Assembly: GCA_963666055.2 (NCBI GenBank)
Contig: CAXWPH010000015.1
Location: forward strand, 1,664,001-1,728,000
DNA length: 64,000 nucleotides
DNA from: Acidobacteriota bacterium
GTDB taxonomy: Bacteria; Acidobacteriota; UBA890; WLXD01
Direction of reading: 5' to 3'
The notes under the pieces were generated by a model. That model did no database searches and was not told the DNA's origin. It was given only the letters and a program-made list of their open reading frames with translations. Below are positions 51,965-61,478 of this stretch, in pieces; within the stretch, counting starts at the first letter, position 1, and the number at the start of each line of letters is the position of its first letter. The translations under genes and the position numbers were made by a program.

Positions 51965-54108
51965 AGCTTCCACGCCGAGAGTTCATCACCTCCACCGGCG
52001 GGGCATTCATGGCCTACGGCTTCCGCTTTCTCCCGGACGGAGAAACGCCGTCCCAGCACCCGCGCTTCGCGCGCTTTGACAACGCAGACGAAGTTTGCCG
52101 GTACGTGAAGCAGAACTTCGACTACCACGATTGGCTGCTGATCGGCTCCAACGGGACGGTAACGGCGCTCACCGGACGCACCGAGATCGGCCAGGGTCTG
52201 GAGACAGTCATCGTCGCCCTCGTCAGCCAGGCACTCGAGATATCGCCCAAGGCAGTCGACGTGGTGATGGGCGACACAGAGCTGTGTCCGGACGATGGAA
52301 CTACCGAGGGCAGCAGTGCCACACAGCAGGTGGGATGGGGGTTTTGGCAAACTGCGCTGGCCGCTTCGATGTCGCTGCGGCGGGCCGGGGCAGAGATTCT
52401 GGGACTGGACCCGGAGCAAGTCCAGGTCCGGCGCGGCGGTGTCGTGTCGGCCTCAGACCCGAGCATGACCGTGGGCATGAGCCAGCTGGTTGTCTCCAGT
52501 GTCGTGCTCGTGGACTTGGAGCCGCCAGCGCGCCAGGAGCTGTCCGGGTCGTACGTGGACAGAGGTCTGGACGATGTCCGGGCTCGCGACATCGTGACCG
52601 GTGCGCAGCAGTATGTCGGAGATCTCGGTCCCGGCGGGCTGCTGTACGGTGCATACCTTCGGTCGCCGTATCACGAGCACCTGAGCCCTCTTATCTCGGC
52701 TGACCTGGACAGGGCGCGTACGGTGCCCGGAGTAGCCAAAGTAGGAATCGTCCGTGGCCGCCCCGCAGTGATCGGCGACAGTTACCACGCCGTCGAGCTG
52801 GGGTTGAAGGCAATCACCGCTCGCTGGCGCAAGCCTCCGGGCCGCGCCAAGCTCAATCTCGAACGCGACATCCGTCGGGGCGCTCAACTGGTCACCGAGA
52901 TCGAGAATATAGGGAATGTCGATGCTCCTGGACCCGGTGGCGGCGTGCGCCTGAGCGAAACGTACATCACGCACTTCACCACGCAAGCACCGCTGGAGAC
53001 TGACAGCGCTGTCGCTGACGTGCGGCTGGACGGCACCACCGTGTGGGTGGCAAGCCAGGGACCCCACCTGCAACGGGCCTTGATCGCTCGGCGCCTCGGC
53101 CTAGGTGCGGGCAAGGTGCGGGTGGCCGGCATGCCTGTTGGCGGGGGCTACGGAGGCAAGATCTCCAACACCGTCGGCGGCGAGGCGGCGGAGCTGTCGC
53201 GGTTTGCCGGGGCGCCGGTGAAGTACGTTTACAGCCGTGCGGACCAGTTCGTCGGCCGGGCGCGCGCCAAAGAGCCGTGTGTGATCGATATCAGCAGCAC
53301 CCTTAATGCCGACGGCACCATTGATACCCGTCACATCGACATCATCAACGACACGGGTCACGGCACGCTGGATACCTACAAGGTGCCCAACTCGCGCACG
53401 CGTTTGTACAAGACCCAGCTGCCTTTGCGACACGCGGTGGTCCGCGGTACCAGCTTCATGCAGGTCAACTTCGCGGTAGAGAGCCACATGAGCCACTTGG
53501 CGGAGCTGGCCGGGATCGACCGCGTCGAGTTTCGAAGACGCAACGTGCAGCTCGAAGCGTTCAACGAGCTGTTGAGTTCAGGCGCCGATTTGATCCGGTA
53601 CAGCACGTACATGCGGCAGCCGGATCACGGGCTCGGTGTGTCTGTCATCAATCACGGGGCGCGCGAGCTCGGGGTCTTCTTCGTCGAGGTCAAGGTTAAC
53701 CGCAAGACGGGAGTCGTGCGGGTAAAGCGTGTCTGCTGTGCACTTGACATTGGTACGGTCATCAATCGGCGCAACTGCACCGTCAACGTCCGCGGGGCGA
53801 TCATGTGGGGCATCGGATACTGCCTGGTGGAGAATCTCGTCGCTGATCGCCATCGGGTCCATGCGCGTGTGTTCGGCGACTACGAAGTGCCCAGCTTTCG
53901 TCACACTCCCGAGATCGACATCGCCTGGCTGCAGGCATACCCGAACAACGGTCCACGGGGTGTCGGCGAGATGACCTGTCCGGCGATCGCGCCGGCCGTC
54001 GCCGACGCCATACACGACGCGGTGGGAATCCGTTTGTATCAAACACCGTTCACGCCCCAACGAGTGCTCGCTGCACTGCGCCAGACACGTGAAGGCGGCG
54101 TGAGTTGA
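51961..54108 (+). CDS. molybdopterin-binding subunit, IorB/xanthine dehydrogenase family, Tat signal
   Basis: PRREFI, GRTEIGQG, GGGYGGK, GPRGVGE. Confidence 0.9.
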   Translation: MKLPRREFITSTGGAFMAYGFRFLPDGETPSQHPRFARFDNADEVCRYVKQNFDYHDWLLIGSNGTVTALTGRTEIGQGLETVIVALVSQALEISPKAVDVVMGDTELCPDDGTTEGSSATQQVGWGFWQTALAASMSLRRAGAEILGLDPEQVQVRRGGVVSASDPSMTVGMSQLVVSSVVLVDLEPPARQELSGSYVDRGLDDVRARDIVTGAQQYVGDLGPGGLLYGAYLRSPYHEHLSPLISADLDRARTVPGVAKVGIVRGRPAVIGDSYHAVELGLKAITARWRKPPGRAKLNLERDIRRGAQLVTEIENIGNVDAPGPGGGVRLSETYITHFTTQAPLETDSAVADVRLDGTTVWVASQGPHLQRALIARRLGLGAGKVRVAGMPVGGGYGGKISNTVGGEAAELSRFAGAPVKYVYSRADQFVGRARAKEPCVIDISSTLNADGTIDTRHIDIINDTGHGTLDTYKVPNSRTRLYKTQLPLRHAVVRGTSFMQVNFAVESHMSHLAELAGIDRVEFRRRNVQLEAFNELLSSGADLIRYSTYMRQPDHGLGVSVINHGARELGVFFVEVKVNRKTGVVRVKRVCCALDIGTVINRRNCTVNVRGAIMWGIGYCLVENLVADRHRVHARVFGDYEVPSFRHTPEIDIAWLQAYPNNGPRGVGEMTCPAIAPAVADAIHDAVGIRLYQTPFTPQRVLAALRQTREGGVS

Positions 54109-54199
54109 ACCCTGGGGACGAGGTCCCGTCGACGCAGCACATTGGATGCGCACGGAGCCGCGGACCTCCCAGCCTCCACCAGGATCGTGCGTGTGCGCG

Positions 54200-54476
54200 T
54201 CCGGTGACGGTAGACTATGCCACCGCGGACGGCACAGCGACGGCGGGCGACGACTACATCGCCACGGACGAAGGCGCGGTGCTGGGCTTCGCGGTCACGC
54301 TCAGCCGCGCGGCGAGCGGCCTGCTGACCGGTCGACTACGGCACGACGGACGGCAGCGCGCAGGCGGGCGTGGACTACACGGTCCGCGAGCGGGACGCTC
54401 TCCTTCCAGGCGGGCGAGTCGTCGAAGACGATTGAGGTGGCGGTGCTCGACGACTTGCACGACGAAGGCGAGGAGA
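54200..54476 (+). pseudogene. Calx-beta domain fragments
   Basis: PVTVDYATADGTATAGDDY and SGTLSFQAGESSKTIEVAVLDD in different frames. Confidence 0.75.
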
Positions 54477-55048
54477 TCCGAGACTGATGCCGGGATCGGA
54501 CGACTGCCGGCGACCGGGATCGCGCGCGGTCCAGTTCAACAGCGTCAGCGCGCGCCTCAAGCGGGCCGGTATGGAGCGGAGCAATGCTTCGTTCGTGGCA
54601 CGGGCTGCAGAGGGCGACGTCAAGGCGGTACGGCTCGGCCAGAGGATCTGGATAGATCCCTCAGCAGGGGCCTATGATATCTCCATGACCAGCTTTCGGA
54701 CTTTAGTGACGGTGCTCGCCGTGATTCACGCGGTGTTCGCAGGACTCACGGCCCTGCTTGGAGCATTCGCGAACGGTGGAGACGTTTGGCAACGGTTGCT
54801 GGTGATCCTCCTTCACCCTCTTGGCGCTGCGGGAGTGCTACTGCTCGTGTTGCGGCCCCGCCTCACCACGACGACGATCCTCGCCCTAGTGGCGCTCCTG
54901 ACGGCGAACGTGATCGCCGACCTACGCTTTGCGCAACTGATGGCCGCGGGCAGAGTGCTGGGAGATTGGGAGCTTGCGCTGACATTTTCGGTGGTTCCGG
55001 CGATCGGGATTGTCTACGCGCTGGCCCTGCTGCGCACGGCTCGCGGAA
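54477..55048 (+). repeat. ~570-bp inverted repeat, copy 1
   Basis: Highly similar to the reverse complement of 63304-63874. Confidence 0.95.
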
Positions 55049-55059
55049 TCGCCGGGTAA
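54685..55059 (+). CDS. 4-TM membrane protein, copy 1
   Basis: 124 aa hydrophobic ORF, frame conserved in both copies. Confidence 0.7.
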   Translation: MTSFRTLVTVLAVIHAVFAGLTALLGAFANGGDVWQRLLVILLHPLGAAGVLLLVLRPRLTTTTILALVALLTANVIADLRFAQLMAAGRVLGDWELALTFSVVPAIGIVYALALLRTARGIAG

Positions 55060-55094
55060 AGGCGCGACGCCGGATCGATGTGGTCGATGTCACA

Positions 55095-55690
55095 GCGGCG
55101 ACGGCGAGGTCCTCGAGGTGTTTCTTGAGCGCGAAAACGGTGGAATCCTCGACCGACTCGGCGGAAGCGACCAAGTCGGACGTGCTGTTTTCAGCCAGCA
55201 GGTTTTCGATCTCTTCGGCGTGCTTGGATAGCTTCCTAACGGTCCCGGGTAACCCTGTCAAGCTCCGCAACGCATTGCTCATTTTCGTCTTCGGAATCGG
55301 CGTGGGAAGTCACTCGACTTTCCGCCGATGGGGCAAGGATGGTCCGGGACGTAGAAATACGGGCTCGTAACCACGCCCGCTCGGTAATTTCCTGTCCCGT
55401 ACGGAGCCAGCACAACGTCGCCCTCTGCAATGCCCTTACTGATAGTGTGCAACATCACGCAAGAGAGTCCGGCAGCTACTTTGGACTTCTCTGGATTGGC
55501 CCGCTGGTATACGGGATGAACTGTTTGTCGAACTCACCCGGGTTCTCAGGGAGTCTGCCGATGAGCTCCTCCTCGATTCGCCAGCCGCCGCCGAACCGCC
55601 CCTCTTCGATGCACTTCGCTGACGGAGCTGTGCTTCACGCTAAGCATGATCCGGTCCAAGACGTTCGCGAAGTGTCTGACGCCCCAGGAG
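55095..55690 (-). pseudogene. N-terminal remnant of a NucS/DUF91-type endonuclease
   Basis: Fragments VAAGLSC...KGIAEGDVVL...PHRRKVEW and MSNALR...GTV...HAEEIE...VEDSTVFALKKHLED across frames; nuclease domain missing. Confidence 0.65.
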
Positions 55691-56079
55691 CTCGAGACGA
55701 TACGGCGCTGTCTCGTCTGAGGTGACGAAAAGAGTCGAGCCGGGTTCCGGTGCGAGGGGCAGCGGCGCTGGCCGAAGCGGTGAGTTGCGACTTCGCGGTC
55801 GGGCAGTTCAGCGACAAGCGAGTCGTTCCGCCGGTACCTGGTGATGTCCGGTCGGGCGCTGCTGGAGATGGCGGCCACGCTGCCGCCTCGGGCGGTAGAG
55901 CGGCCGGCCGTGCCCAGGTCACCGGCGGAGGCTCGCCACCGAGCGCGACTAAGCCCCCGCTCGCCGGCAAGCGCTCGCGGGCCTGTTCAGTGGGGGGGCC
56001 TCGAAAGTCGGGGACCACCCAAATCCCCAGACCGCGCCAGCCGTCGCGTTTGTAAGCAAAACGATTTGGCAGGCATAAA

Positions 56080-56345
56080 ATGTCTCCTCAAATGAGAAAC
56101 CGCCGAGAGTCGCCGATGGACCCCGAAGTCGTCCGTCGCATGCGCTCGACGAAGCGCTACCAGCGGTTTCGCGCCGGCATCCTCCAGAAAGAGCCGTTGT
56201 GCCGTGCCTGCTCCGAGGCGGGCTTCACGGTCGGCGCCGAGCACATCGACCACATCGAGCCTGTGCACCTGGCGCCGGAGCGCTTCTGGGACCGCGACAA
56301 CATCCAGCCGATCTGCCGGGAGTGTCACGAGCGCCAACGGCTGCG
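56080..56345 (+). pseudogene. HNH endonuclease, copy 2 (3' end replaced)
   Basis: EPLCRAC...IDHIEP...NIQPICRECH, paralog of 47298. Confidence 0.75.
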
Positions 56346-56379
56346 AACCACGCATCCACCGGCGCGAGAGTCGGGGCGC

Positions 56380-56640
56380 CGAGGAACAGCACCGCGCCTT
56401 GTCCTTCCTCATCCGTCTTGGAGTGGCGCACGGTCTGGGGCCCCGTGTCATCCTCGGCACGCGCGATGTTGCTTACGCGCAGCGCGGACAGCTCCGAGAC
56501 CCGGAAGTCGCCCCGTTCGTGGCCTGGTTCGACAAGGATCACTTCGTGGTTGTGGAAGCCGTCGATCACCACGACGGGCGCTTGATCGTCCAGGATCCAG
56601 AACAAGGTCGAGCAAGCGGTGGCGCGCTCTATTACTCCGA
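56380..56640 (+). pseudogene. C39 peptidase-like fragment
   Basis: PFVAW...DHFVVV...LIVQDPEQG; catalytic Cys region absent. Confidence 0.45.
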
Positions 56641-56905
56641 TGTGGAAGACCAATCTCACGCTCTGCGTGGGTGCCCTCACCCTGGTAGCGACAATTGTAG
56701 GCATCTTGATTTCCTATCTTTGGCGATAGGACCTCTTCGGCTAGATGAGCGGGCGCTCTCCGTAACGCCGTACTGCTTACCGCTCCTACTACCCCCCGTG
56801 TGTGTGTGGCCGGCGGATACCTCATCCGCCCGGCTCGAAGGGCCTAAGCGGCTGGCGCTTGTAGCGGTTGCAATTTCTGGGGCTCGCTCAGCCGCCATCA
56901 TCCCC

Positions 56906-58603
56906 TTATTGCCGCAGGCGATGGGACGCGCGTTGAGGCGATGAGGCCCCAGGATTTTCGACCTCGCGCCGTTCGATGGTGATGTCGTAATCGACCGCCT
57001 TCCGGTTCCTGCTGGCAACGCGCGTGAGCACGAACTGATAGTTCGTACGGCGCCGAGTCGGGACGCCGATGGATGTTTCGACCCAGCCGTCGCGACCTTC
57101 ACTCGTGGCAACGTCGCCATCAGGGTTTCGCACGATGGTCTTCAGGAACGGGGAGGCCGGGGCGTGTTCGACCCTGAACCGGTACTGGAAGACTCTTTCG
57201 CGGTGCCGCGATATCGAAAGCCGCACCGCGACATCCTCTCGCTCGAATGCTTCTAGGCGACCGGAGACTGTACGGACGTGTGTCCAGTTAGGTGACGGAG
57301 GAGGAGGCGATGAGGCACCAGGCTTTTCGACCTCGCGCCGTTCGATGGTGATGTCGTAATCGACCGCCTTCCGGTTCCTGCTGGCAACGCGCGTGAGCAC
57401 GAACTGATAGTTCGTACGGCGCCGAGTCGGGACGCCGATGGATGTTTCGACCCAGCCGTCGCGACCTTCACTCGTGGCAACGTCGCCATCAGAGTTTCGC
57501 ACGATGGTCTTCAGGAACGGGGAGGCCGGGGCGTGTTCGACCCTGATCCGGTACTGGAAGACCCTTTCGCGGTGCCGCGATATCGAAAGCCGCACCGCGA
57601 CATCCTCTCGCTCGAATGCTTCTAGACGACCGGAGACTGTACGGACGTGTGTCCAGTTAGGCGGCGGCGGTGGTGGTGGTGGTGGCGGCGGTGGCGGCGG
57701 TGGTGGTGGCGGCGGTGGTGGTGGCGGCGGCGGTGGTGGCGGCGGCGGTGGTGGGGCAGACGTGCAGCTCAGTTGCGCTCCTCCGCCTGTGAGCAGCACC
57801 TCGAGCGCAGCCCGCTCGGCGAGATCGACGCTCAATCCGTATTCCCGCTTTACCTGGATCACCCGGTTCGCGAACCACGCGCCGTGGCGAGCTGGCTGCC
57901 ATTCGGCGGCGTCGCGGTCACTTTTCTGCGACCGGTTGACGGTCGGGTCTGCGATCGTCAGGTTGTCGATGTCGCCGCCGAAGGCACGGCGACGATCGTC
58001 GGCGATCCCGCTGTCGTGCGCCTCAGCCAGCGCAACGATGTGCTCGATGTCCGTCGCGGCGGTTCCGGACGCCGTGATTTCAAACGCGATGCAGGAGTAG
58101 GGTGTGTAGACTTGCCCGTTCGCCTTCATCGTTGGCGGCAACGCCGCGATGATGTCGTCCTCGAGGCTGCTGTAGCCCGTCCCGAAGGCGTCACGGTCGT
58201 AGCCGGCCCGCGGCTGCTCTGGGCAGACCTTCAGCCCGCTCCAGGTCTCCGCGTTCGCTGGGCAGGCGCCCCCGGGCGGAGGCGGAGGAGGAGGAGGCGG
58301 CGGCTGTGCGTTAGGGATGTACCCGTTGGAGTTGGGGCTGCTCTCGCAGGCGACGCCATCGCCATCGCTATCGCTCGATCTGCTGCGCTGTAGCCAGTTG
58401 TAGATGATGCCGGTGCCGTCGCGATTGTCCCGATACGCTGGCAGCTTCAGGCCTTCGTCGCGCCCCGCCGCTTCACTGCATGTCAGGTCGCCGTTTCCGT
58501 TGGCATCCCAGTAGTCGAAGTCGTCGCGCGTTTGCGCGAAAAGAGGCGTAGCGACCAAGACACCGCAGCACAGAATGGCTGCGCATAGGATTCGGCGTCC
58601 CAT
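56906..58603 (-). CDS. secreted DUF1524/HNH-type nuclease with EF-hand-like N-terminus, poly-Pro linkers and duplicated C-terminal domain
   Basis: Signal peptide, DANGNGDL and DSDGDGVACE, DIEHIVALAEAHDSG...NL...VNRSQKSDRDAAEWQP, 32-Pro tract, two ~120-aa repeats. Confidence 0.8.
   Translation of the reverse strand: MGRRILCAAILCCGVLVATPLFAQTRDDFDYWDANGNGDLTCSEAAGRDEGLKLPAYRDNRDGTGIIYNWLQRSRSSDSDGDGVACESSPNSNGYIPNAQPPPPPPPPPPGGACPANAETWSGLKVCPEQPRAGYDRDAFGTGYSSLEDDIIAALPPTMKANGQVYTPYSCIAFEITASGTAATDIEHIVALAEAHDSGIADDRRRAFGGDIDNLTIADPTVNRSQKSDRDAAEWQPARHGAWFANRVIQVKREYGLSVDLAERAALEVLLTGGGAQLSCTSAPPPPPPPPPPPPPPPPPPPPPPPPPPPPPPPPNWTHVRTVSGRLEAFEREDVAVRLSISRHRERVFQYRIRVEHAPASPFLKTIVRNSDGDVATSEGRDGWVETSIGVPTRRRTNYQFVLTRVASRNRKAVDYDITIERREVEKPGASSPPPPSPNWTHVRTVSGRLEAFEREDVAVRLSISRHRERVFQYRFRVEHAPASPFLKTIVRNPDGDVATSEGRDGWVETSIGVPTRRRTNYQFVLTRVASRNRKAVDYDITIERREVENPGASSPQRASHRLRQ
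56937..57661. repeat. tandem duplication, 369-bp period
   Basis: Near-identical units (e.g. 57069 vs 57438) inside the nuclease gene. Confidence 0.95.
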
Positions 58604-58684
58604 CCAGGGTGCCTCCTTGGTTAGGCCTCGGCGTCGAGGGCGAACGCGATCGCGTGTCTGATGGCGTCAGCGCGGCGGACACGG

Positions 58685-59947
58685 TGACCTGCCCCCCTTT
58701 TCTGGTCCACTGGAAGTGAGAGTCTCGGACCGAACATAGGGGTGTTATCGGTTCGCCAACGGCGGGGCAACGGAAGCAGCCGGAGGCTGCTGGAGTTGCG
58801 CTGCCGCGGCGAACTGGTGTGGAGTCAGGTCGTCCAGTGAGCTGTGCTCCCTGACGTAGTTGTAGTCTCGACGCCAGTACTCGACCTTGCACCGGGCGTC
58901 CTCGAGATCCGTGAACCAGTGCTGGTTGAGGCACTCGTCTCGGAACGAGCCATTGAAGCTCTCGATGAAGGCGTTGTCCACGGGCTTGCCAGGCCGGATA
59001 AAGCGTACCTCTACGCCCATCTCGTAGGCCCACGCGTCCAACGCCCGGCTCGTGAACTCGGGGCCGTTGTCGATCAGGATCTCCTTGGGTTTACCGCGTT
59101 GCTCCACGACCCGGCCCAACACCCGCGCGGCGCGGGCGCCCGTCAACGACGTGTCGACCTCGATCGCCAGGCACTCGCGACTGTACTCATCCAGCACGTT
59201 GAGCGTTCGGAACGACCTGCCGGTGGCCAGCGAGTCGCTCATGAAGTCCATCGACCACCGGTCGTTGGCCCCCTGTGGCGTGATCATCGGCACCCGCTGC
59301 ATCGATGCCACGCGCTTACGCTTGCGGCGCCGCACAGCCAGCCCTTCTCGTTGATACAGCCGGTACAAGCGCTTGTGGTTCACCTGCCAGCCTTCGCGTC
59401 GCACCATCACGTGCAGTCGGCGATAGCCGAACCGTGGCCTCTCGGCCGCCAGCTCACGCATCCGCTCGAGCAACGGTCCGGCTTGTTGCCGTCGAGCTCG
59501 ATACCGGCACGTCGATCGGTTCACACCCACGATCCGGCACGCGTGGCGCTCGCTCAGCCCCAAGCGCTGCTGCAGCCATGCCGCTGCTTGCCGCCGCATC
59601 GCGGGCGTCACCATTTTCGCGACACAACTTCCTTGCGCGCCTGGTTGTCCAGCGTCAGATCCGCCACGGCATTCTTGAGCCGCCGGTTTGTCACGCTCCA
59701 GCTCCTTGAGCCGGCGCGCCTCACTGATATCCAGCTCCCCGTACTTCGCCTCCCACCGATAGTAAGTGCCCTCGCTGAAGCCATGCTCCCGGCACACGTC
59801 CTTGACCGCCTCGCCGGCCTCCACCTGGCGCAGGATCCTGATGATCTGCTCTTTGCTATACCGCCTCTTCCTCATGTAGCCCTCCCGGCCCTAATCTAGC
59901 CCGGAGAACTCACACTCGCGTCGGATCAGTTTTCGGGGAGCACGTCA
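58685..59947 (-). mobile_element. IS3-family insertion sequence (1263 bp)
   Basis: TG...CA ends with imperfect IRs; OrfA HTH (YSKEQI...TYYRW), OrfB FGYRR, WSMDF, DNGPEF, IESFNG..RDECLN; no clear target duplication. Confidence 0.95.
58745..59875 (-). CDS. IS3 transposase, OrfA and OrfB joined in one frame
   Basis: Single 376-aa ORF; apparent extra A near 59688. Confidence 0.8.
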   Translation of the reverse strand: MRKRRYSKEQIIRILRQVEAGEAVKDVCREHGFSEGTYYRWEAKYGELDISEARRLKELERDKPAAQECRGGSDAGQPGAQGSCVAKMVTPAMRRQAAAWLQQRLGLSERHACRIVGVNRSTCRYRARRQQAGPLLERMRELAAERPRFGYRRLHVMVRREGWQVNHKRLYRLYQREGLAVRRRKRKRVASMQRVPMITPQGANDRWSMDFMSDSLATGRSFRTLNVLDEYSRECLAIEVDTSLTGARAARVLGRVVEQRGKPKEILIDNGPEFTSRALDAWAYEMGVEVRFIRPGKPVDNAFIESFNGSFRDECLNQHWFTDLEDARCKVEYWRRDYNYVREHSSLDDLTPHQFAAAAQLQQPPAASVAPPLANR

Positions 59948-60398
59948 CCCGGACAAGCTACGTGCCGGCAAATTAAACGCGCTGCAGGAGATCTTGACCG
60001 GTACCGGTGCCTCTCAGACAAGGGAATCCAGGCGATAGGGATAGCCTGCGTTAAGCGATCCCCGCCGACACCAGTGCTCGAACGAGTTTCGGCTGGGAGA
60101 GTCCGACTGTGACAGGATATCTCTCACCCCCGGGTCCCCGGCCGGCCCCCGGGGGCTCGAGGTTGGGCGCTATCGCCTCCAGCGTCCGGACGAGATCCCG
60201 GGCGCGGGGAGACTGGCCCGGACCCCAGCTACAGTTTGCTTGGCACGCTATATCCTGGGACGGCCGGACGGCCGGCCGCCCTACAGACTGAAAACAAGCC
60301 AAGAAAAACCCTCCGAAATCGAGCTCACGGCCCGCTGCGATCACGGCGGCAACCGAGAGTTCCACGTGCCGGCTGCTGACAGATGGAACCATGCCTAA

Positions 60399-61139
60399 AC
60401 GACCATCCGCGCGGCGATCGTCGAGGCGGTCGAGTCCGGCCAGGTAGTTGCCGCGATCGCCGACGAACGCGGGCTGAGCGAGCGCGAGGCAGGGCCGTTC
60501 AAGGTGGCCGTGGTAGCGCTCCGCCGCATAATCGCTACGGCAGTCAGGTCCGGCCCTGGAGTTGCCGAGGTCGCCGCCCAGTGGGGGCTGAGTAAGCGTC
60601 GAGTGGCGCGGATCGTGGCGCTCGAGGTGTTGCGCCCTAGGATCGCCCAGGCGGTCAAGGACGGTCAGGGAGTTGCCGAAGTCGCTGCCGAGTACGGGCT
60701 GAGCGAGGACCTAGTGGAGCGGATGGTGGCGATCCAGTGGCTCGTGGTGCCGCGCTGGTGTGCTGCGATTGCCCAGGCGGTCGAGGGCGGCCGGAGGGTC
60801 GCTAAGCTAGCTGGCGAGTACGGGCTACGCGAGGACCTGGTGGAGCGGATCGCACGACACAAGGCGGCGCTCTACTACGCTCTGATCGAGGAGCTCCCGA
60901 AGGCGTACCGCGCTGTGATCGAGCGCAAGATAGTTGAGGCGGTCGAGGCCGGCCGGGGAGTTGCCGAGCTTGCCGCTGAATGCAGGCTGAGCGAGGACAC
61001 GGTGGAGATGATTGTGGCGGTCGCGTGGGCGGGCGATGCGATCGTCGAGGCGGTCGGGGCCGGCCGGGGAGTTGCCGAGGTCGCCGCTGCGTACGGCCTA
61101 CGCGAGGAGCAGGTAGAGCGGATCGTGGCGGCCGTGTGA
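60399..61139 (+). CDS. tandem helix-turn-helix repeat protein (start disrupted or uncertain)
   Basis: Six copies of I..AV..G..VA..A..YGL.E..V.RIVA-like unit; open frame extends upstream of the called start 60504. Confidence 0.7.
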   Translation, partial: TTIRAAIVEAVESGQVVAAIADERGLSEREAGPFKVAVVALRRIIATAVRSGPGVAEVAAQWGLSKRRVARIVALEVLRPRIAQAVKDGQGVAEVAAEYGLSEDLVERMVAIQWLVVPRWCAAIAQAVEGGRRVAKLAGEYGLREDLVERIARHKAALYYALIEELPKAYRAVIERKIVEAVEAGRGVAELAAECRLSEDTVEMIVAVAWAGDAIVEAVGAGRGVAEVAAAYGLREEQVERIVAAV

Positions 61140-61478
61140 AGCAAGGCGGTGCACTGAGGTAAAAGATCGGCTGTGCCCCCGGCGCGATCCCATTGAGCGC
61201 GCGGGCGGCCGCCTGATCGTTACCAAGTCGTCGTCCTCGACGCTCGGAGCAGTGAGGCTCGGCTGGCCTCGACTTCCCGCGATCGGGCGCAGGACATGCG
61301 CGCGCATGTGAATCCACCTGCCTGGAACTGCGTCCTCGGGACAACTCTAGGGATTCTTCCAGCTGCTCCCAGTTATCATTTTGGTCGCGCCAGCATACCG
61401 TGAGTCATCCAATTGCCAGGAGCTGCCCTCCTGGGAATCGAAGGCGACGCTCGAACTCACAGAGGGAGACGAGGCCAT

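Noticed and set aside
57438-58393. Poly-Gly and Arg/Trp-rich plus-strand ORFs
   Set aside because: Antisense readings of the poly-Pro tract
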